In this document: positions 10,901 through 18,308 of the stretch, piece by piece | Layout of the letters: each line of letters starts with the position of its first letter | Numbering within the stretch: the first letter of the stretch is position 1 | Assembly (NCBI GenBank): GCA_964187785.1 | Contig: OZ076413.1 | Location: 49,230,001 to 49,294,000 of the forward strand | Source of the DNA: Amphiscolops sp. MND2022 | Taxonomy: Eukaryota | Length of the DNA: 64,000 bases | Direction of reading: 5' to 3' | The notes under the pieces: model-generated | Told to the model about the DNA's origin: nothing | Seen by the model: the letters and a program-made list of their open reading frames with translations, nothing else | Database searches by the model: none | Translations under genes and position numbers: made by a program

Positions 10901-11784
10901 ATGGGGAATTCTAAACCATTTGAAATGAGTTTGTTCAGATTCATTGAATAACTTGATGTTCTATTTTTATGATCCTCAACGGGAAAAAGGTGTGCTAGGA
11001 TACACCATAAAAAACAATATTGATCATCATTTTTTATATTTATAATTGATTTATTATTCTTATATTTTTCTGGCAACTCAACCCATGAAGAAGCTTGAAT
11101 ATCATTGACTTTATATACCTCCATTATAACATTGACAATACCGTTTAACACAAAACCTGATCCTTCTAATTGTTCATCATCTAATTTCTGCATTAATGTA
11201 TTATGCTGTGTGCCGAAGGTAATCTGCGTGTGATTGTAATTAAAATCTGATTTAACCCATTTGTGAAATACGTTTTCTTCTCCATTAACTATTTTTGAAA
11301 ATTTAGCTAAATAACTCAATTGGAACTTGTATCGGGGAAAGTAATTTTTATTTAGTAAATCATTAATCTGTTCTTCAAGATGATTTGTTGGATTTACTCT
11401 CAGTTTAATGTATGTTTTTTCATTCACAATTATTTCTATGTTAGTTCCTACTCCATGTAGTGTATTACCAAATGCGATAGCTGACGCGTTTTTTGTAGTG
11501 TTGTTTTGACTTCTTAACGTGTGAATTTCACTTTGGAAATGTCTTGAATTACTTATATATTTGCCACAATCTTCACACCAAATTTGTGTAGCTTCGCGTT
11601 GTTGTTTGGTTTTGTTTTTATGTTCATCTGAATTTAGATGATTAGACTTGTCAGACAATGGCATAAATGTATTACATTTTTTACAATAATATTGATTTAA
11701 TTTTTGTAAATGTTTTATTGATTTTAGATGATCAGACTTGTAAGCTTTTTTATAATCAGAATTACAAATACTGCAGTTCTCCAT
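7966..11784 (-). CDS. Protein-primed family B DNA polymerase (pPolB)
   Basis: Exonuclease motifs YADFE and FHNFSGYD. Polymerase motifs YIDANNLYG, KLMNNAFFGK and YMDTDS. N-terminal zinc fingers, a vOTU-like segment (DDQYCF...NHYCLI) and an inserted endonuclease-VII-like module (CWLC...DHDHLTGKYRGAAHNKCNL). Uninterrupted 1272 aa. Confidence 0.97.
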   Translation of the reverse strand: MENCSICNSDYKKAYKSDHLKSIKHLQKLNQYYCKKCNTFMPLSDKSNHLNSDEHKNKTKQQREATQIWCEDCGKYISNSRHFQSEIHTLRSQNNTTKNASAIAFGNTLHGVGTNIEIIVNEKTYIKLRVNPTNHLEEQINDLLNKNYFPRYKFQLSYLAKFSKIVNGEENVFHKWVKSDFNYNHTQITFGTQHNTLMQKLDDEQLEGSGFVLNGIVNVIMEVYKVNDIQASSWVELPEKYKNNKSIINIKNDDQYCFLWCILAHLFPVEDHKNRTSSYSMNLNKLISNGLEFPMKIKDIPKFENLNNLNVNVFELTKTVLTPIHINTNYDQPQIDLLLYQNHYCLITKLHCLLNKDSHMKWVCRRCLTAFSSQPVLLDHIDRCQKQQPTNITFSWKDHLKFEDYHMKVPVPIRVYADFECINQPTDDPKVLYKQIPIAVGFYIISPFGNNYSSYFGESCVTWFVNEMLTLEKIANIYFETNIPLELTSEEGVASQESFQQSKVCWLCENPLGEGEAAHTVRDHDHLTGKYRGAAHNKCNLNCKKKSSSFVPIFFHNFSGYDCHLIFEELLTSAYNLKLPINIIPKSMENYVSVQVGCLRFLDSYRFLSSSLQKLITSLNDFPYMQNEGLTDDLFKKKLAYPYEKFNLNNLRKATHEPLNLTKEDYWSTLNQSYPCEDDIKRTQQLIDTYNITTAQELTELYLKMDVLQLTDVFENFVETSTLMYGINPLYSYSLPGYTWKAGLKLTKIKLDFIKDKQLLLLLENNIRGGISSVMGPRFIESNENTKLLYIDANNLYGWAMSQYLPTSEFEKLDFPEEYELEQIVEDLRFIPDNNEYGYFIECDLEYPAEIKEKTENFPLCPYQTKADPNLFSEYMNSVKQPNYKPTEKLMCDLTNKYNYMMHYRMFKFYTNLGMKVTKIHTIYRFKQSLWLEKYINHNTQKRTKAKTNFEKDLYKLMNNAFFGKTMENVRDRTKLEFIPHTNIDQIIKRQSKLSFKGITNHYSEFSVYKFDKEKVIFDKPIYLGFSVLELSKLLMYEFYYHKLQPYYNNKIKLHYMDTDSFILSIKTGDLINDLEYFKDDFDFSELDPSHELYNSINKKVIGKMKIETSPIIELDNFIALRSKSYSFSYGSSVQKATQKLTQKSKQKGIQHTPIYSQFINSLFNSETTTATNYSIRSNAHKLTVQKQDKLALNPFDDKRMYLNPIQSLSWDKHTQKGDCPCILCIKLVGLYYKEVTANKTDEEIYYNIWTLKEKLNHQDLLNLISDRAHLL

Positions 11785-11881
11785 TTATTTATAATAAAAT
11801 TATGAATTTAATAGCAGCATATTTTTCAATTATTAGTGTTAATTTTTATTTTATTTTTTATGTTAAAATTGAATAAATTAA

Positions 11882-12598
11882 TTATAAAAAATTGTGTGGT
11901 TTAAGTGGTATTGTTGGTGGTGTATGCGAAGCTGTGGTAGCTGTCGCGTGCAAAGCTGCGTTAGCTGTCGCGCGGGAAGCTACTTGTGATTTTGTATGTG
12001 AAGCTGTGTGCGAAGCTGCGCGTGATTTTGTGTGAATTTCCTGTGAAGCTGCGTTAGCTGTCGCCTGATAATTTTCAAATTGAGTCACAAATCGATGATA
12101 TTCTTTTTCATCTATACAGTTGTCTTTTAGGCTAGCGACATAAAGTTGTCTAAAGTCGTCAAGAGTCTTCTGAATAATAGTGTACTTAAGTTTATAATTT
12201 TGCTCCTTTTTCTTCAAATAACTAGAACAAATCTTAACAAGGATACCAGTTGTACAACCAACTCCTGCAGCGATTGGAACAACTATAATACCCACACCAG
12301 TAATACTTAGTGAGATTGATGCTGAAGTTGTTCCAATCACTATAATACCATCGAGGGAGTTAATTAAGTTATTTATTAGCTTGTATTTGTTGTATTTCTG
12401 TTTGTATTTATTTTCTTCCATTTCATAATATTTCATCATTAGACTAATGTTTTGAATAGAATTATTGAAACTATTTACTTTTTGTAATTCGCTTTGCAAG
12501 TGTTTATTTATCATTGATTCTACATCATATGGTGCGGGGGGAGAGGCCGTTGCGTTAGCTGTCGCGGGGGTCAGGGAGGGATAGAGTTTTTGTTCCAT
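11882..12598 (-). CDS. Putative membrane protein of the Polinton (coiled coil, hydrophobic hairpin)
   Basis: Hydrophobic Gly-rich segment IIVIGTTSASISLSITGVGIIVVPIAAGVGC between charged helices, with an N-terminal LYPSL motif. Confidence 0.7.
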   Translation of the reverse strand: MEQKLYPSLTPATANATASPPAPYDVESMINKHLQSELQKVNSFNNSIQNISLMMKYYEMEENKYKQKYNKYKLINNLINSLDGIIVIGTTSASISLSITGVGIIVVPIAAGVGCTTGILVKICSSYLKKKEQNYKLKYTIIQKTLDDFRQLYVASLKDNCIDEKEYHRFVTQFENYQATANAASQEIHTKSRAASHTASHTKSQVASRATANAALHATATTASHTPPTIPLKPHNFL

Positions 12599-12601
12599 TT
12601 A

Positions 12602-13414
12602 TTAATCATATAAAATGAAATTTATTTCCGTTGGTGTTAATTTCATTCTGTGTTTCATATCAACAAGGTCTTTATAGGAATCTTTTTTCAATGACTCCAG
12701 AATTGATTGTCTGGTAGAATATTCTAAATCCGACAGATAATATTCACCATCTGAAGTAGGTATTGTTTTTCCATACTTTTCCTTTAAATAGGATTCACTA
12801 AAAGTTAGATAATTTGCAAAAGCTTGATCTTTATTGGGAAAGGAATCGAACAAGCCTTTGTCATAAAGCAGTTGAATTATGTTGTTAGTTATAGTAATTT
12901 TATTTTGATCTAGGCTATTAAAAATTTTATTAATTTCATCTTCATTTAAAATCATTCCAGCTTGACCCACCTGACTCATAAACTTTAAATTACGGACTGT
13001 TAACATTTCAAAACTATTGTTGTGTATTAAATTTAGTACCTCATTTACTAAAGCAGTTCTTTGTTCGGCGAAAGATTTTTTCATATTTTGTTCTAATTTA
13101 TTTATGGTTTTTGAAAGGTCTGAAAACTGGGAATAAATATCATTCATTAACTTTGTGTTTAATAAAACATCTTGAATTTCCTGTGGGTCTAGTGTTTGAT
13201 GCCCTTTCACGTCTAGTATTTTTTCTTCTATTAATTTCTCTTGATTTTCTATGTCATTTTCAAAATCACGTTGCAAATCTTCTTTTAATTTGGAATGGGT
13301 TATTTGGGCTAATTTTTCTTGACTTTTTATCATATCTTTTAGCTCCTGATATTCCCTCAGTTTTAGCTGTTCACTAGAATAACCAAACTTATGAAGAGAC
13401 GGAGTTTCATACAT
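12602..13414 (-). CDS. Hypothetical coiled-coil protein of the Polinton
   Basis: 270-aa ORF with the same composition and ATAAATG start context as its neighbours. No recognised domain. Confidence 0.7.
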   Translation of the reverse strand: MYETPSLHKFGYSSEQLKLREYQELKDMIKSQEKLAQITHSKLKEDLQRDFENDIENQEKLIEEKILDVKGHQTLDPQEIQDVLLNTKLMNDIYSQFSDLSKTINKLEQNMKKSFAEQRTALVNEVLNLIHNNSFEMLTVRNLKFMSQVGQAGMILNEDEINKIFNSLDQNKITITNNIIQLLYDKGLFDSFPNKDQAFANYLTFSESYLKEKYGKTIPTSDGEYYLSDLEYSTRQSILESLKKDSYKDLVDMKHRMKLTPTEINFILYD

Positions 13415-13589
13415 TTATTAAGATGAAAAAGTTGAAAAATACGCGAAGCTACGCAAAACCCATAGGCATGCTCATTAGCATATGCATTGGCATGCCTATG
13501 GTAAACTCAAAGCCCATCGGGAGTCCGTTCCACTAAGAGTTTCCACAGCAGGGATTATCCTTTTTAAGAACTGTGCCATTGGTGATTAT

Positions 13590-13708
13590 TCTCCCATAGC
13601 ATGTAAGTTGTAACAAAGACTGGGGGACGTTGGATAGAAGTGAACCCCAAACACTCCGGCCGAAGCCTTAACTTTAGTCAATGCTATAACCACTAAGCTA
13701 TGGGAGAC
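13590..13708 (-). ncRNA. Candidate Pol III structured RNA (tRNA-derived or VA-RNA-like)
   Basis: Minus strand: consensus A box TAGCTTAGTGG at about +9, a GGC-TTCG-GCC tetraloop hairpin, an imperfect B box GGTTCACTTC at about +63, and an 11-bp perfect terminal stem (13590-13600 / 13697-13707). Confidence 0.45.
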
Positions 13709-13755
13709 GAATCAATGTTAGTTGTAGTTATATAAGAATAATGTATGCGCCGGTA

Positions 13756-13976
13756 CATTAACGCTGGTTGTGCATTAACGCTGGTTGTACATTAACGCTG
13801 GTTGTACATTAACGCTGGTTGTGCATTAACGCTGGTTGTGCATTAATGCTGGTTGTGCATTAATGCTGGTTGTGCATTAACGCTGGTTGTGCATTAATGC
13901 TGGTTGTGCATTAATGCTGGTTGTGCATTAACGCTGGTTGTGCATTAATGCTGGTTGTGCATTAATGCTGGCTGTA
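13756..13976. repeat. 17-bp minisatellite CATTAAYGCTGGTTGTR x13 in the Polinton terminal region
   Basis: Counted directly: 13 units, 221 bp. Probably inside the terminal inverted repeat. Confidence 0.95.
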
Positions 13977-14159
13977 CAGCAACGTGTTATTATTACACAT
14001 TGCGTAGCTTCGCGCATCATAGAGGTTAGTGAATTTTGCTTCATGGTAAAAACACTATTTTTGATGATTTGTTTTCTAAAAAGTGCTTAAAATCAATGGT
14101 TTTGAGGACTTTTAATTTTTGGGGTTTTTGTGGCCCGTATCGGGATTTCCTATACTACT

Positions 14160-17118
14160 GTTTGACAATCGCTAGAAAACAGTCTGAAATCGAACAAACC
14201 TATTGAGAACCGAAGAACTGTCGTGAATCAATGCCAGTCTTTACAATCACCACGGATTTTCAGTATAAGTCCCACTGAATGCAATGAAAAACTTTCACTA
14301 AATCATGACTACCGGTCTACAAAAATGTCATCATGTTCCTTGGTTGGCTGGAAGGAATCCCCACAAAATTTGATCGACGGCAAACTTTCCAACAATTTCT
14401 TTATAGCTCCAGTTGACTGACTTTTCGACTCTTTTCGAAATTTTGTGTTTGCATTCACCAAACAAAGAAACCAGATCTTCTGTCAAAATGCAAATGCTCA
14501 TGGCTGTTGTTAGAAGAGGCCTTTGCGGACAGGCTGCATCGTTTATTCTTGATCTGTGTTTGGCCCGCTTTAAACCAGACATTGCACATGCGTGAAGTAT
14601 TTGATTTTACCGATCTTCCGGTCGTTTTCAGCTGTATTTGATAGTATTGCATGTCGTGTGCTCGTGTAGTACCACGTGTCGTGTGCTGAATGAACATTTC
14701 CAGCCCAAAGATCCATGAAGCTGTTTTTCCAAGGCCTGTGTCAAGTATATCACATGTATCGACCATTATTGTGTTATGGATAGCTACTTTTTTTCAGTTG
14801 TCTGAAACAGGATTACTATTTTCCGTCCATATTTAATATGTGAAAGGAAAATATTTGAATCAAACGGATTTTTTGTAAATTTGCCAAGTTCTTAATTTAT
14901 ATCCATGTTGAAAGGTTTAGTCCATAGAATAGAACTGGTGTAAAATTAGTATTATGCGATATAGATTTGTAGAGATTTGTATAGATTTGTAGAGATTTGT
15001 AGAGATTATTTGATATAGAAAACACTTTTGCAAACCCGAAAAGTGATAAATATAGCTCGTTCCGACAGTTTTAATGCAAAAAAAATTTTTCCCACTGAAA
15101 AAAAAATCCAGTAATACGAATTTGTTTGCCACACTGCCACGCGTTGACTATTTGTTTACAACATATTGTAGCGTCTGTGCTTACAAAACTTGAGGTTTTG
15201 CCCACGCAAACCTGCAAAATTTTGCGGGGACTTTGTTCTTTGATTTTCTTGATGTTGCTCTGAAAACCCGCCAAATTGTATAGAAATCCTAATAAATACC
15301 TGAAAAAATAGCATTGCATCAGAGAATTATTTTGCATTAATGATTGTATATGAAACTCCCAAAATCATGCTAAAAGTGCTTGGTAGCCTATGAAATCATG
15401 TAAAAGTTTCAAGCAGTTTCAACTAGGGTATGCAAAAATATGGAAGTATGCAACAAATGGTTCAGCTCGGCATGAAAACTCCGGATGTGAAAAGGTTTCC
15501 AAGGAATTGAAAGTGGATCGAAAATTAATATTGTATACACATATTTCCAGAGAGCTTTCGGTAAATTAAATCATGACATCCTGGTATTGAAACGTTGGGA
15601 GTCTGCGGAACGCTGGGCTCTTTTCTGTTTTCCCCCACCACCAATTTTTTGAAAAATTAGTGAAAATCTTATAATTAAAAGACGTGAATACAAACCAGAA
15701 AGTTTCAAATTTACATTTATTCTTAGTGTGACAGTTTAGGTTTTAGATACAAACTTTGTTCACACTTTTTCAATATTTACTCACGCATTTTTTGATGAAG
15801 AAATCAACAGCTTCCTGTTTTGAGTCATCAATAAACACTTAATACGAGCATAAGTATAGTCAAAATGTGTGAACAATGTTTTGTTCAAGCAAAAAAACTT
15901 GATAGATGTTAACTACCCGTTATGAAAGGACGTTTTACTTTTAATTAGGCTAGTTTAAAGTTTTTGAGGAAATTTACTTCCAAAATTTTGGACAGAAAAT
16001 TTTGGTGGGGACAGAAAAGAACCGGACGCTGTTTCAGCTTCTGGAGAGCTATCTATCGAAACGTAGTGTTGGAGTTTCTGAACTTTTGGGCCTGTTTAAA
16101 ATTGTACTCCTGAGGTCCCTCTTTTTTCTTGAAAATTATCCATCACTTCGCATACACCCGCGAGTTTAGCTCATGTTTTCTCGTGTAGATGATGCTAATT
16201 TGGTTGTTGCTTCAATCAGTCGTTGCTTCATTGTGTTCTAAAACAACAGTCGTATTGCTGACAAATCTTGCCATTCTTGTTTTTTCTTCAACATTGAAGG
16301 TTTGACAATCGCTAGAAAACAGTCTGAAATCGAACAAACCTATTGAGAACCGAAGAACTGTCGTGAATCAATGCCAGTCTTTACAATCACCACGGATTTT
16401 CAGTATAAGTCCCACTGAATGCAATGAAAAACTTTCACTAAATCATGACTACCGGTCTACAAAAATGTCATCATGTTCCTTGGTTGGCTGGAAGGAATCC
16501 CCACAAAATTTGATCGACGGCAAACTTTCCAACAATTTCTTTATAGCTCCAGTTGACTGACTTTTCGACTCTTTTCGAAATTTTGTGTTTGCATTCACCA
16601 AACAAAGAAACCAGATCTTCTGTCAAAATGCAAATGCTCATGGCTGTTGTTAGAAGAGGCCTTTGCGGACAGGCTGCATCGTTTATTCTTGATCTGTGTT
16701 TGGCCCGCTTTAAACCAGACATTGCATATGCGTGAAGTATTTGATTTTACCGATCTTCCGGTCGTTTTCAGCTGTATTTGATAGTATTGCATGTCGTGTG
16801 CTCGTGTAGTACCACGTGTCGTGTGCTGAATGAACATTTCCAGCCCAAAGATCCATGAAGCTGTTTTTCCAAGGCCTGTGTCAAGTATATCACATGTATC
16901 GACCATTATTGTGTTATGGATAGCTACTTTTTTTCAGTTGTCTGAAACAGGATTACTATTTTCCGTCCATATTTAATATGTGAAAGGAAAATATTTGAAT
17001 CAAACGGATTTTTTTTAAATTTGCCAAGTTCTTAATTTATATCCATGTTGAAAGGTTTAGTCCATAGAATAGAACTGGTGTAAAATTAGTATTATGCGAT
17101 ATAGATTTGTAGAGATTT
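14160..17118. repeat. Direct duplication: 14160-14978 repeated at 16300-17118 (offset 2140 bp)
   Basis: About 819 bp with only about 2 substitutions seen. The same spurious ORFs appear twice in the ORF track. Confidence 0.95.
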
Positions 17119-17120
17119 TT

Positions 17121-18060
17121 GGACTTTTTTGTTAACCCCAAAGACCCAAAAAATGACAAAAACTGCAAACTTTTCCGATTTTCACCGTTTTTATGCAAGT
17201 TTCGTTAGATTTCGTGGCCTAGAATGTTGAAAGTGTTCAACAAGGAAAAAATTCGTTGTCCGGGAGGCATTTGTGAAGAAATAAAGGCAATTTTCGAATG
17301 AAAAAAGGCTAAAATTGCGACCGAAAATGACAAAAATTCCAAAATATACTGGTATTTCACTTTTTTTTGCAATTTTTGTCAAAGTTTCAAAAGATTTCGT
17401 GGATCAGAACGTTGAAAACGTTCAACAACGAATGAAATTGTTGTCCAATGGGGTTGATCGTGGAGATAAATGCAGTTTTGAAAGAAAAATAGGCACAATA
17501 GCCTCGAAATAGTAAAAAAATCATTTTTTTTCAATTTTTGATTTTTTAACGCAATTTTTGTAAAATTTTTGAAATTTTTATGGATTAGAACCCTGAAATA
17601 GTTCAAGACCAACTGAATTTGTTGTCCAGTAGGTTTTTTGAAGGGAATACAGTGTTTTGATAAAAATATGCTTTCATTTGACACCAATATTGTCGAAAAG
17701 TCCAAAAATTTCCAGTTTATGTGGCTTTTCATGTTGTTTAAATGCACTATTTGAGAATTTTTGTGAATTGAAAGGTTCAAAACAATCAAATACGAAAAAA
17801 TACGTATGTAGTGTATTTTTGATGAGAAAATTACAGTGTTTTACATCAGAATTACTTCAAAACGACCCAAGTGAGTCGGAAAGTAGAAAAATTGAGATTT
17901 GTAAACGTTTTCATGCAAAGTCTGTGAAAATTTCGAAACGTTTCGAGTGTTCGAATGATAGAATGGTTCAACTACGATTGCAGATGATATCTAGTTGGCT
18001 TTTGTTCGAGGTATTTGCTGTTTTGCGTTTGAAAAATGCCTCAATATGACCCGAAAAAAG
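17121..18060. repeat. Diverged tandem repeat with a unit of about 180-185 bp
   Basis: A motif like GTTGAAA..GTTCAA....AATT.GTTGTCC recurs near 17226, 17411 and 17592, with weaker copies near 17770 and 17960. Confidence 0.55.
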
Positions 18061-18308
18061 TCTAAAATATCGAAATGTTCCTTCTTGACAATTTAGTGAT
18101 TGCTTGTGAAACTGTCGTGAGTTAGTCGGTCCTAAAGCTTCAGACGATTTATCAAGCTATGCAGTACGCCTTTTGAGTAAAAACTCTGTAGTTTTCTGGG
18201 TAGAATTTTATCGATGAAAGACCTAAAGGAGTCAAAAATCCGTGAACTTGCGAAAACCTTCATGTTCTTCATGCTTGGTAATGACGTCATGTTGTTGTGA
18301 TTGTTTAG

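Larger units (their letters stand above)
1..14159. mobile_element. Polinton/Maverick (endogenous polintovirus), right part; left end lies outside the window
   Basis: Intronless, densely packed AT-rich ORFs for pPolB, rve integrase, double jelly-roll major capsid, minor capsid and A32-like ATPases. It ends in ...tatACTACT (14154-14159), the reverse complement of the typical Polinton AGTAGT terminus, exactly where homology to the duplicated flank at 16300 begins. Confidence 0.95.

Noticed and set aside
14223..16906. Short ORFs repeated in both duplicate units
   Set aside because: They are identical only because the DNA is duplicated, and no domain is recognisable. A decayed transposase on the minus strand is possible but unsupported.
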